NCBI GenBank assembly: GCA_965203365.1
Contig: OZ241878.1
Coordinates: 3,598,962-3,662,961 of the forward strand
DNA length: 64,000 nt
From: Candidatus Poriferihabitaceae bacterium
Lineage (GTDB): Bacteria; Pseudomonadota; Gammaproteobacteria; Arenicellales; Poriferihabitantaceae
Reading direction: 5' to 3'
The notes under the pieces were generated by a model, which worked only from the letters and a program-made list of their open reading frames with translations, was not told the DNA's origin and made no database searches. How positions within the stretch are numbered: the first letter of the stretch is position 1; each line of letters opens with the position of its first letter. A program made the position numbers and the translations under genes. Below, in pieces: positions 21,444 through 30,359 of the stretch.

Positions 21444-21899
21444 TTAACAGCGCAGGGTATGGACATTGACGCGAATCGGGAATTGCGCGATGATTAGGTG
21501 CTCCCGGTGTTGGTGATCGTATGAATGTACACCATCAACATCATGCAGAATGGTCATGGATCCGCCCGCCAGAACGGCTTGAATTAGATGCTTGAAATAG
21601 ATTATGACTGTCCACCGCAGGCGATGGTATTGGGCATGCGACATCGGTCGTACCTGACCTCCAGCGACAACGGTCTCGGCGAGAGCTTTTTTTCGAACCT
21701 GATACAGCGGTACCAAAAGGTTCAGTTTAATATCGATGGAAACCAGTGGGCCTGCAAAATAAGAAAAGTCAAAACGATAGGTGAGCTTGGGGAGCGGCAA
21801 ACATGCCGGTAGATAACAGTCCCAAAAACAAGGTGAAGCCTCTTGGTGGTGCACGTTTCTATCGTTGTGCGCTTCAAGTAAACCCGTATCACTATGCAC
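21444..21899 (-). other. Unresolved ORF(s) at the left edge of the low-GC islet
   Basis: A 151-aa minus ORF overlaps both a 74-aa plus ORF (21588..21812) and the first 97 nt of the PHP-ATPase gene. Its C-terminal third (RLRWTVIIYFKH...AGGSMTILHD...HLIIAQFP..VNVHTL) faintly recalls a 2OG-Fe(II) oxygenase strand pattern. I see no HxD and it ends early. Confidence 0.2.
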
Positions 21900-24505
21900 A
21901 GACTTATCAGGGGCAAGATACTCAAGATGACGATATCAGTTACGCACAGAAGATTGTCGATGAAGCCGTAAAGCTGGGTATTGAGGTGCTCGCCATCACA
22001 GATCACAATAACGTAGATGGTGTCGCAGCCTTTCGATCAGCGTCGCTCAATTATCCGGTTCATATCTTCCCAGGTTTCGAGTTGTGTTCATCAGAGGGTG
22101 TACACTTGTTGTGCTTGTACTCGCCAGATATAGGCGATGATCAACTTGGTCGCTACCTTGGAGAATGTGGCATCCGAGATACGAATCCATCTGCGCAGAT
22201 CGCAACCAAGTCGTTTGCTGATATTCTTCAGACTGTTGACAGCCAAGGGGGAATTACTATTGCGGCGCACGTAACGAACAATAGCGGCTTATTCAAAGTT
22301 TTATCAGGACAACCAAGAATTCGCGCATGGCAAGACAAGAATCTTCTGTCGATCCAGATCCCAGGTGTCATTGAGGATCTTCCGCAGGACATTCGGCAAA
22401 TTGTAGAGAATAAAAACATAGACTACATTCGTTCCCACGCCCCGGAAAACGGCATCGGAATCGCAGTCTTGAATGCCAAGGACATCACGGGGCCTGATCA
22501 ACTCGACGATCCGTCCGCAACATGCTGGATCAAGATGCAAGAAGTTACTATCGATGGGTTGCGCCAGGCATTTCTAGACCCTGGTTCGCGTGTGCGATTG
22601 AACACCAAGAAAAGAAGATTTGAACCCGACGAGCACATGGAGATAGTGTCTGTTGGATGGGATGGTGGATTTCTTGACGGGATCATCGTGCATCTCAATC
22701 CGAACTTGAATGTCCTAGTAGGCGGACGGGGGGCTGGCAAGTCAACAGTTGTAGAAAGCATTCGTAGCGCATTGGGTCTTGAGCCTGTTGGTGTCGAGGC
22801 ACAAAAGGCGCATGATGGTATCGTGCGCCAAGTCCTGCGCAATGGCACAAAGATATCGCTAGTGGTGCGTGTACACCGCCCCATAATGCGCGAGTATCGA
22901 ATCGAGCGAACGATTCCCAATCCGCCGCTGGTTCGTGCAGCGGATGGCACGGTGTTGCAGAGTGCGCCAACGGACATTCTTCCGAGAGTCGAAGCCTACG
23001 GTCAGCACGAAATTTCTGAGATTTCGAGAAGTCGCGAAAAGCTTACCCGGTTGCTTGATCGTTTTGTTGCTCGCGATGAGTCTCTCATGCGTCGTCGGAT
23101 GTCGGTGGTTCGTGATCTCGCGAAGAGTCGTAGCGCCATATGTGATGCTCGTGCCGAGATTGCGATAATTGAAGAGCGTCTGGCCGCGCTACCCGGGTTG
23201 GAAGAAATGTTGAAGCGGTTCCAGGAAGTGGGTCTCGAAGAACGACTGCGGGAGCAAAGTGCCTTGGTACGAGAGGAGCGGGTGTTTGGCTCTATTCCTC
23301 AACGTTTGGCACCATTCGAGGAGGTACTTGAGATTCTGAAAAGAGAGTTGCCGATCGACCGTACATTCTTGTCGGAAAAGGCGATTAGGGAGTTACCGGC
23401 CCGAGACATCATTTCCCGGACGACCGATATACTTGTGGAATTGGAAGCGAGTGTAAAGCATATTGTTGATAGACTAGAACAGGTGTTGATTCGCGCGAAT
23501 GATGGCGTCAAAGACATACAGGCGATATGGGATACGCGACGGCAACGGGTACAGACAGAGTACGAAAGAATCTTGCGCGAGCTGCAGAAATCGCGCGTGG
23601 ACGGAGAAGAGTTCATTCGTCTTCGACGACAAATCGAGGAGTTGCGACCTCTTCAGGAACGTCTTGCATTGTTGCAACGATTGGAAAACGAACGCATGAA
23701 TCAACGCCGTACGCTACTTGCCGAGTGGGAAGACATCAAAGCTGCGGAGTTTCGCACTCTGAATAAGGCGGCAAGAAAGGTAAGTGGACAGCTTCGCAAT
23801 CGCGTGCAGGTGGAGGTGACGATCGCCGGAAATCGTGAGGTGTTCTTCAAGCTGTTGCGTGACGAAATCGGGGGAAGAATGTCGGAGGCAATCGAAAGCC
23901 TGCGGAACGCTCCTGAGTTGTCGCTCACACAATTCGTCGTTGCATGCCGGTCCGGGGTTGAGGCGCTGCGCAATATTTACGGCATCACACCGGGTCAGGC
24001 GGAGCGGCTCGCGGGTGCTGATACTGACCTTCTCATGCGAATCGAGGAGTTAGAACTGGAGCCGACGACCGTGGTCCGTCTTAATACTGCGGTAGCGGGA
24101 GCACCACCGACATGGCAGCTTTTGGAGGATCTTTCGACTGGTCAGAAGGCAACGGCTGTGCTGCTACTACTGCTCCTCGAATCGGGCGCTCCGCTGATTG
24201 TGGACCAGCCTGAGGATGATCTGGACAATCGCTTTATCACCGAGGGGATCGTTCCGAGGATGCGTGATGAGAAGCAGCGCAGGCAGTTTATCTTCTCGAC
24301 TCACAATGCGAATATTCCCGTACTTGGCGATGCCGAGTTGATTGTCGGACTGTCGGCCGTCGGGGAGGCAGAGAGTGGGCGGGCGCGTATCGCCCCGGAG
24401 CACATGGGATCTATCGACTCTCGACCCGTACGTATGCTCGTGGAAGAGATACTTGAGGGCGGCCGTGAGGCATTCGAGATACGGCGGCGGAAGTATGGGT
24501 TCTGA
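21803..24505 (+). CDS. Fused PHP-domain phosphoesterase + Rad50/SbcC/SMC-like ABC ATPase with long coiled-coil insert (Ppl-like architecture)
   Basis: 900 aa. PHP-like N-terminus (AITDHNNVDG, FPGFELCSSEGVHLLCLY, ITIAAHV). Walker A GGRGAGKST (22721..22747) and Q-loop YGQHE. About 370 aa of charged heptad-like sequence follows. Then signature LSTGQK, Walker B PLIVDQPEDDLD and H-loop FSTHN. Confidence 0.85.
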   Translation: MPVDNSPKNKVKPLGGARFYRCALQVNPYHYAQTYQGQDTQDDDISYAQKIVDEAVKLGIEVLAITDHNNVDGVAAFRSASLNYPVHIFPGFELCSSEGVHLLCLYSPDIGDDQLGRYLGECGIRDTNPSAQIATKSFADILQTVDSQGGITIAAHVTNNSGLFKVLSGQPRIRAWQDKNLLSIQIPGVIEDLPQDIRQIVENKNIDYIRSHAPENGIGIAVLNAKDITGPDQLDDPSATCWIKMQEVTIDGLRQAFLDPGSRVRLNTKKRRFEPDEHMEIVSVGWDGGFLDGIIVHLNPNLNVLVGGRGAGKSTVVESIRSALGLEPVGVEAQKAHDGIVRQVLRNGTKISLVVRVHRPIMREYRIERTIPNPPLVRAADGTVLQSAPTDILPRVEAYGQHEISEISRSREKLTRLLDRFVARDESLMRRRMSVVRDLAKSRSAICDARAEIAIIEERLAALPGLEEMLKRFQEVGLEERLREQSALVREERVFGSIPQRLAPFEEVLEILKRELPIDRTFLSEKAIRELPARDIISRTTDILVELEASVKHIVDRLEQVLIRANDGVKDIQAIWDTRRQRVQTEYERILRELQKSRVDGEEFIRLRRQIEELRPLQERLALLQRLENERMNQRRTLLAEWEDIKAAEFRTLNKAARKVSGQLRNRVQVEVTIAGNREVFFKLLRDEIGGRMSEAIESLRNAPELSLTQFVVACRSGVEALRNIYGITPGQAERLAGADTDLLMRIEELELEPTTVVRLNTAVAGAPPTWQLLEDLSTGQKATAVLLLLLLESGAPLIVDQPEDDLDNRFITEGIVPRMRDEKQRRQFIFSTHNANIPVLGDAELIVGLSAVGEAESGRARIAPEHMGSIDSRPVRMLVEEILEGGREAFEIRRRKYGF

Positions 24506-24508
24506 CTG

Positions 24509-25759
24509 ATGAACAAAATTGAACTACTTGAGCTCATTGCCAATTATGAAGGCTCACGGGTCGAATTTAAGCGCGACGACTGCCGCCCGGAGGATCTTGC
24601 GAGGGAGATGTCCGCGCTCCTGAACCTTGAAGGGGGTGTCATTCTGCTAGGGATAGAGGATGATGGGCAGTTGTCCGGGCTGACCAGAAGTCCCGGGGCG
24701 GCTGAGGAGTGGGTGATGAACGTTGCCCGCGAAAACATCCAGCCGGTCTGCACTCCCATTTGGACGTGTATTGAGATGGGGTGTGGAAAGCGAGTGGGGG
24801 TCATTGAACTGGCTGCTGACAGTCCAGGAAAACCCCACAAAGCCAAGCGAGGCAGGGCTTGGGTCACCTTCAGCCGTGTCGGCAGCACTTCTCGGGAGTC
24901 GACACGTGAGGAAGAAGCTCGGCTCTACCAAGCCGCCCGGGTGATTCGGTACGAGATCAAGGCAGTACCGGATACCGGACTGGAAAGCCTCAACATGGAT
25001 CTCATGGAGAATTACTATCGCGATGTCTTGCAGCGGTCAGTGCCCACTCGATCAGACCTGGAGAGCTGGCGGCAACTCCTGCTCAATTCGGACCTGCTCG
25101 TCACGGAGCAGGATGAACTTCGCGCCACGGTATCCGGGCTGTTGCTGTTTGGCGATAACCCGAACCGTCGTTTGCCACAAGCTGGCGTCACCGCAGTGGC
25201 CTTTCCGGGACCTGAAAAGGAATACAACACGGTTGATGAAGAGCGGATTCGGGGTCCACTGGTCTCACGGGTCTCGCGGCAGGGCAAGGCGTTGGAGAAG
25301 GGCGTGATCGATCGTACGGTTGATTTTGTCAAGCGCAACATGGGTAGTGTCGCGTGGATAGATGGTAGCCGTCGCCGTCGCCAGAAAGCCTTTGCGCTGG
25401 ATGCGGTAAGAGAGGCGGTTGTCAACGCGGTCGTCCATCGTGATTACGCGTTTGAAGGGACCGACATTGAGGTTTCACTGTATGGTGACCGACTGGAAGT
25501 GGTCTCTCCGGGTCGGCTTCCGAACGGAGTGACGGTGGCAAAGATGAGAGAGGGCGTGGTTCGAGTCGCGCGCAATGAGTTGCTCAAGGAAATCCTTCGT
25601 GACTACGGCCATATTGAACACTATGGAATGGGAGTTCGCAATCGGATTATCGAATCGACCCGTCGCCATAACGGGACAGAGCCAGATCTGCAGGAGGATG
25701 AGCATCGTTTTGTCGTGCGCATTTGGAAGGCACGTCGGTCATCTGTAAATCCTCTGTGA
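24509..25759 (+). CDS. Schlafen-like AlbA_2 domain + HATPase_c_4-like protein (COG2865-type), lacking the usual C-terminal wHTH
   Basis: ATG lies 3 nt after the upstream stop. N-terminus LIANYEGSRVEFKRD...LLNLEGGVILLGIEDDG is the AlbA_2 pattern. VREAVVNAVVHRDY...LEVVSPGRLPNG...ARNELLKEIL is the HATPase_c_4 pattern. Confidence 0.85.
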   Translation: MNKIELLELIANYEGSRVEFKRDDCRPEDLAREMSALLNLEGGVILLGIEDDGQLSGLTRSPGAAEEWVMNVARENIQPVCTPIWTCIEMGCGKRVGVIELAADSPGKPHKAKRGRAWVTFSRVGSTSRESTREEEARLYQAARVIRYEIKAVPDTGLESLNMDLMENYYRDVLQRSVPTRSDLESWRQLLLNSDLLVTEQDELRATVSGLLLFGDNPNRRLPQAGVTAVAFPGPEKEYNTVDEERIRGPLVSRVSRQGKALEKGVIDRTVDFVKRNMGSVAWIDGSRRRRQKAFALDAVREAVVNAVVHRDYAFEGTDIEVSLYGDRLEVVSPGRLPNGVTVAKMREGVVRVARNELLKEILRDYGHIEHYGMGVRNRIIESTRRHNGTEPDLQEDEHRFVVRIWKARRSSVNPL

Positions 25760-25870
25760 TGTTGCGTCTTAACGGCCTGGATTTGCCGACCTATTGAATC
25801 TCCGTCTCCATCGGGATGGGGCCTTGGGTTGTCAGGGGATGTCTTGGGTGCCGTGGTCGTTTCCTGCTGA

Positions 25871-27100
25871 TCAGAAGAGACCGTGTTTTTGCGTCAGGGC
25901 GAACTTGATCGGTAGATTCAGTTCCAGCTGGGCCTTGTGCAGATTGGCGGGGAATGGGGGTAAGGGCCGGGCTCTGGCCAGCATCTTCAGTGCGGCCTGG
26001 TCCAGGCGGTCATCACCGGAACTGACAATCAGTTGGGGGGAGTTCAGACTGCCGTTAGCGAGAATGGTGAGTCGTATGGTCACCACCCCCGTCACGCCGT
26101 TTCGTCTTGCTGCGCGGGGGTAGCGCTTGAAGCGCATCAGGTGGCGGTACAATATATTCAGGTAGCCTCTTTGAGCGGCCGCGATGTCCCCTGTTTCAAC
26201 CTGCGGCCCGATCACCGATGTCGCCGGTTGGTTCGTGTCGTCCGTTGTGGTCACTGATGGAACCCCTTTTCTGGTCGGGTTAGCGGGTATCAGTTGTGTC
26301 AGTTTCTCCAGGACCCCCTGTACCTCTTGGGATGCCGGAATTGATGTCGCGACACTCGTTGCGACTGGTTTTTGTCGGGTGAGCGTGTCGCCCGCTACCG
26401 ATTCCGAGGTGGCGGGCGAAGGGAGACGCGAAACCGATTTGCGGGTAGAAAGGGTAGACACGGCATCCGATGGGCGGGACACCTTGGTCGGCGGAGTCCT
26501 AGGTTGACCCTCAGTCATGACGGGATTGGTGGAGTCAACAGTTTCGACCAACTCGGGAGGGTTTCCATCTGCGGTGCTTGCGCTTAAATGGGGGGTGAGG
26601 AACGCTGGTGGGGGGGGCACCTCAACGGATGGCTCGGTTGCCACGCCTTCCACGGATTTCAGGGTATCAATCACGGTTGGGTCCATCGCAGGCTGGGCGA
26701 GGGACATTCTGACATCTTCAACCGTTAGAGAGTTGTCGGTTGCGGTGTCTGGAAGCAACGTCTGGATGAACGAGCCAGTCGCCGGTCCTGCTTCCACGAC
26801 TTGGGCTGTCGCAACCGATATCGTAGTGGCAATCGCCTCGCTTGATCCCTTCGCAGTGACGGTGGAGACGGGGTTGATCCCAGTCGAGGCAACTGTCGCT
26901 ACCTCCCGAATCACCGAATCCTCGATAGTGGTATCGACCGGTATCTGGCCAGACCCCCGGATGGACACCCTGATCGCCCCGATATCAGCTGACTGGGTGA
27001 CGGGACCGGGGACATATGAAAGCACTGCCGTGAAAAGTCCGGCATGGACACCCAGTGCCGTCACCAGTGCGGTGGCCTTGACTCGTCGGGGAACCAACAT
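25871..27100 (-). CDS. tonB: TonB family energy transducer
   Basis: Start at ATG 27100 (MLVPRRVKATALVTALGVHAGLF anchor). Long Pro/Thr/Ser-rich spacer. C-terminal TonB domain (YPRAARRNGVTGVVTIRLTILANGSL...DDRLDQAALKMLARARPLPPFP). Confidence 0.8.
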   Translation of the reverse strand: MLVPRRVKATALVTALGVHAGLFTAVLSYVPGPVTQSADIGAIRVSIRGSGQIPVDTTIEDSVIREVATVASTGINPVSTVTAKGSSEAIATTISVATAQVVEAGPATGSFIQTLLPDTATDNSLTVEDVRMSLAQPAMDPTVIDTLKSVEGVATEPSVEVPPPPAFLTPHLSASTADGNPPELVETVDSTNPVMTEGQPRTPPTKVSRPSDAVSTLSTRKSVSRLPSPATSESVAGDTLTRQKPVATSVATSIPASQEVQGVLEKLTQLIPANPTRKGVPSVTTTDDTNQPATSVIGPQVETGDIAAAQRGYLNILYRHLMRFKRYPRAARRNGVTGVVTIRLTILANGSLNSPQLIVSSGDDRLDQAALKMLARARPLPPFPANLHKAQLELNLPIKFALTQKHGLF

Positions 27101-27200
27101 CAGCACCGTCCGGGAAAAACAACCCCGAGGTGACTTCCACTGGGATGGGGATCGTCCACCCACACAGCGCTCCGTTTCTGACCAGCCATTTTTCTCAAGG

Positions 27201-27593
27201 TCAATCTGGCAGGGTGATCAAGTCGATGGTGTCGACACCTGCTGCACCCAGCAGGCCGGTGACCTCGACCACTTGCTTCGCAGATGCTCGGCTGTCGGCC
27301 TTGAGGTGGACAACGGTCAGGGTACCCATCCTCGCCAGCGCATCTTCCAGCTCAGGCTGTGTCATGATGGTGCCATCAAGCGCCAGCCGCCCGTTCTGGC
27401 CTAGGTGCAGCACGACGGTATGCGACTGGACCGATCCTTCACTGGCCGATTCGGGTGGCGAGGTTTTGAGTGGGTCGATTAGGGCAATCTTGCCTGCCAG
27501 CAGGACATAAATCAGCAGGAGCAGGACGATATTGATGAACGGTAGGATCCGTTCCTGATTGTCTTTCGGACGGCTCGAATCAAAGTGCAACAC
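27201..27593 (-). CDS. exbD: ExbD/TolR biopolymer transport protein (second copy)
   Basis: 130 aa. N-terminal anchor ILPFINIVLLLLIYVLL followed by a periplasmic ExbD-like domain. Confidence 0.85.
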   Translation of the reverse strand: MLHFDSSRPKDNQERILPFINIVLLLLIYVLLAGKIALIDPLKTSPPESASEGSVQSHTVVLHLGQNGRLALDGTIMTQPELEDALARMGTLTVVHLKADSRASAKQVVEVTGLLGAAGVDTIDLITLPD

Positions 27594-27615
27594 GGTGGGT
27601 CACTTCTCTTCTGGA

Positions 27616-28062
27616 TCAATGGGTCAGGGACAGGTGGTCTACGCCGGCCGCAGACAATACATCCAGCACCCGTATCGTTTCCTGTAGTCGGACCCCGTTG
27701 GTGGGCTTGACCAGAACACGAATATCGGGTCGGGTGGCGGTGTACCTCGCCACTCGAGAACCCAGCCGATTGAGGGAGACGGGTTCCGCGGACAATCGAA
27801 CACCGTCCGGGCGCACCTCGACCAGCAGTGCCCCTTCCATGGAGGCGGTGGAATGCCCGGTCGGTGGGGTTGGGTTCAGGCTAATTGTGCGCCAGTCCTG
27901 AAAGTTGGAAGCCAGCAGGAAGAACACCAGCAGGATAAAGACGACATCAATCAGGGGAGTCAGGCTGATCAGTGCTTTTCGTCGACGGGGCCTAGTGGCC
28001 TGCCACGGTCGCTCTGATGTGTGCTGGGCGATATTGAACGCTCTCATCCGGTCCGGAATCAT
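27616..28062 (-). CDS. exbD: ExbD/TolR biopolymer transport protein
   Basis: ISLTPLIDVVFILLVFFLL anchor motif. Start is 28062 or 28047; either overlaps the exbB 3' end by 56-71 nt. Confidence 0.85.
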   Translation of the reverse strand: MIPDRMRAFNIAQHTSERPWQATRPRRRKALISLTPLIDVVFILLVFFLLASNFQDWRTISLNPTPPTGHSTASMEGALLVEVRPDGVRLSAEPVSLNRLGSRVARYTATRPDIRVLVKPTNGVRLQETIRVLDVLSAAGVDHLSLTH

Positions 28063-28744
28063 CGGAAAGGTCTACAGTAAATACACCGGTGACAATATGA
28101 CCCATGGCATGGGCCAGACGCTCGACCCGCCGTTCGAGCCAGGCGAGGACCACAACGACGGGCATTGCGACACCCAGGCCCAGGGCAGTGGTGAGCAGTG
28201 CGGCCCAGACTCCTCCCGATAGGACGGCCGGATTGACTTGGTTCCCGGCCTGCTCCATCTCGCGGAAGGCTTCGATCATCCCGAGCACGGTACCGAACAG
28301 GCCGAGCAGCGGGGCCAGTGATGCGATCACTTCCAGGGCTCGAAACCCACTTCTCATCGACTCGAGACGGGCAGTGCCATGACGCAGGGCCTCCTCGCGT
28401 ACCGATTCTTCCGGCAGGGAGCGCAGTCTACCCCGGATGGCGCACGCCATGGTCGAAGCGACCGGATTTCTGGACTTTCCAGCGGCGGTCAACGCCTCCT
28501 GCGTATGGCCTGCCCGGTACAGTTCCAGTGCCTTCTGCGGGGCTTGCAGACGGTCAATCTGTATCGAATGAAATTGCCAGAACTTGGCCAGGATGATGGC
28601 CAGTGCCACGACTGATGTGCCGGCGAGAATGATGGCGACTGGCCCGCCAAGAGCGAGTATTTCCTGTAACCGTTCCACCAAGCCCGGGTCGGTCGGTAGA
28701 CTGATGAGTTGGTCATTCACCAGACTGTCCGTCTCGTCGTTCAT
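27992..28744 (-). CDS. exbB: MotA/TolQ/ExbB proton-channel protein
   Basis: 250 aa. LLGLFGTVLGMIEAF is the conserved ExbB/TolQ segment. Three predicted TM helices. Confidence 0.9.
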   Translation of the reverse strand: MNDETDSLVNDQLISLPTDPGLVERLQEILALGGPVAIILAGTSVVALAIILAKFWQFHSIQIDRLQAPQKALELYRAGHTQEALTAAGKSRNPVASTMACAIRGRLRSLPEESVREEALRHGTARLESMRSGFRALEVIASLAPLLGLFGTVLGMIEAFREMEQAGNQVNPAVLSGGVWAALLTTALGLGVAMPVVVVLAWLERRVERLAHAMGHIVTGVFTVDLSDDSGPDESVQYRPAHIRATVAGH

Positions 28745-28850
28745 TTACGCCAACCTCCTTTTGATACGGGTGTGTCAATGGTTTAACTGATAGACAGTCC
28801 TGAGGTGCCCGGTCTTCCTGGCTGGCATCGTGTCGGGCGGATCATCATCA

Positions 28851-29672
28851 CTACTGGATAAACGGTACGGTGGTCAGATTGTTCAGTATCAACCCACCCA
28901 GGCATCCCTCCAGGGGTCCCGCCCGATCATGGCAGTCTCGAACATCATTCAGGAGAATGCGCCCGATCACACCACAGGGCAGGTCATCCAGAACGAAAGC
29001 CTGATATCTCGTCTTGCCGGGGGGTAGGAAAGAGACCGGTAAGGCCACGCTTTTCTGGACCACCCCGTCCGTCCCGAAGACCGCGAATTCGAGCTTGAGC
29101 GACTGCAGTTCGCTGGCGCGGTCGTTGTGCAGCACCAGATGGGTTTGGCAACCGTCCGGGCTTGGCTGCAGCTTGTTGAGTTCGAGGTGGATCAGACCGC
29201 TCGGCACAGCCGCTGCTTGCCCCAGGGCGGACAGAGTCAGTGACTGGATAAACGGCACATCGGTACGATTGTTCAGTATCAACCCACTCAGGCATTCCTC
29301 CAGGGGTCCTGCCCGATCATGGCAGTCTCGAACATCATTCAGGAGAATGCGCCCGATCACACCGCAGGGCAGGTCATCCAGAACGAAAGCCTGATATCTC
29401 GTCTTGCCGGGGGGCAGGAAAGAGATCGGTAAGGCCACGCTTTTCTGGACCACCCCGTCCGTCCCGAAGACCGCGAATTCGAGCTTGAGCGACTGCAGTT
29501 CGCTGGCGCGGTCGTTGTGCAGCACCAGATGGGTTTGGCAACCGTCCGGGCTTGGTTGCAGCTTGTTGAGTTCGAGGTGGATCGTATTGCTTGGCTCGGC
29601 GATTGCCATGTTCATGGCCAAGATAGCCAGAGTGACATGAAGGGCAATGGCTGGCCTGAGATATGGTGTCAT
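28851..29672 (-). CDS. Secreted protein made of two near-identical ~130-aa Cys-containing modules; first gene of the exbB-exbD-exbD-tonB operon
   Basis: ORF 28851..29729. Likely start is ATG 29672, giving the signal peptide MTPYLRPAIALHVTLAILAMNMAIA/EP. No family recognised. Confidence 0.6.
   Translation of the reverse strand: MTPYLRPAIALHVTLAILAMNMAIAEPSNTIHLELNKLQPSPDGCQTHLVLHNDRASELQSLKLEFAVFGTDGVVQKSVALPISFLPPGKTRYQAFVLDDLPCGVIGRILLNDVRDCHDRAGPLEECLSGLILNNRTDVPFIQSLTLSALGQAAAVPSGLIHLELNKLQPSPDGCQTHLVLHNDRASELQSLKLEFAVFGTDGVVQKSVALPVSFLPPGKTRYQAFVLDDLPCGVIGRILLNDVRDCHDRAGPLEGCLGGLILNNLTTVPFIQ
28853..29582. repeat. Tandem direct duplication, period 390 bp, about 97% or higher identity
   Basis: ACTGGATAAACGG...GAGGTGGATC recurs at 28853 and 29243. 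Antisense ORFs at 29014 and 29404 start with the same peptide (MPGGRKE.GKATLFW). Only 5 aa differ between the protein modules. Confidence 0.9.
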
Positions 29673-29999
29673 CTGTCCTGGGGCAGAAGGGCGTATGGGT
29701 TGAGAGTGGTTGGCCAGCACTGCAGTCAAATCGAAGTTTGAATGATATCCGGCGGCTGCCGTTCACGGCAACCAAATGTCGTATTTTGCCGGATTCTTCG
29801 GTCAGTCAACATGTCCGTTGGCGGTCTTTTTCTGATCAATGTGTCGTACTTGACGAAGAGATCCGATGTTCATCTGAGCTGGGTATGGAGGTCAGGACAT
29901 GGCTCATCCAACCGAATCCGCCAATTATGGAGGGCCACATATCAAGAGGCGGGTCACGATACTCTACCGGGCTGGAAATCCAGCCATGTGATTGCAAAT

Positions 30000-30018
30000 A
30001 ATAATGATTTAGATTTAT
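30000..30018. promoter_or_regulatory. Fur-box-like site in the divergent intergenic region
   Basis: AATAATGATTTAGATTTAT matches GATAATGAT(A/T)ATCATTATC at 11-12 of 19 positions. Lies upstream of the minus-strand exbB/tonB operon. Confidence 0.35.
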
Positions 30019-30266
30019 AATATTGTAATCTTCCGAATCTTTGACAACCCTTTTTTCTGGGTTCTTCATCCGACGAAATCGTCACAGACGCATGGCAACG
30101 AGGTGCAGTAGGAACGGTCTGGTGCGTGAGGGTGTCTCGTGGCCACCCCCCGGAATGACTGACCACTTCTTGTGTCCGGACATGTCGCATGTGCACTGCG
30201 GCGGACTCCCAGATAACGGACTCCATCCGATGAACCATGATTCATCTCGGTTTTTCGAATTCAACT

Positions 30267-30285
30267 TGTAATGCGAATCATTATC
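30267..30285. promoter_or_regulatory. Fur box upstream of the 30360 gene
   Basis: TGTAATGCGAATCATTATC matches the 19-bp Fur consensus GATAATGATAATCATTATC at 15 of 19 positions. Lies 75 nt upstream of the ATG. Confidence 0.6.
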
Positions 30286-30359
30286 ATTTACATTCCGAAC
30301 AGATACTTCGTGTCTGAATCGACGTCACAGACACTTGAAACTGAACACTTGGAACTGAA

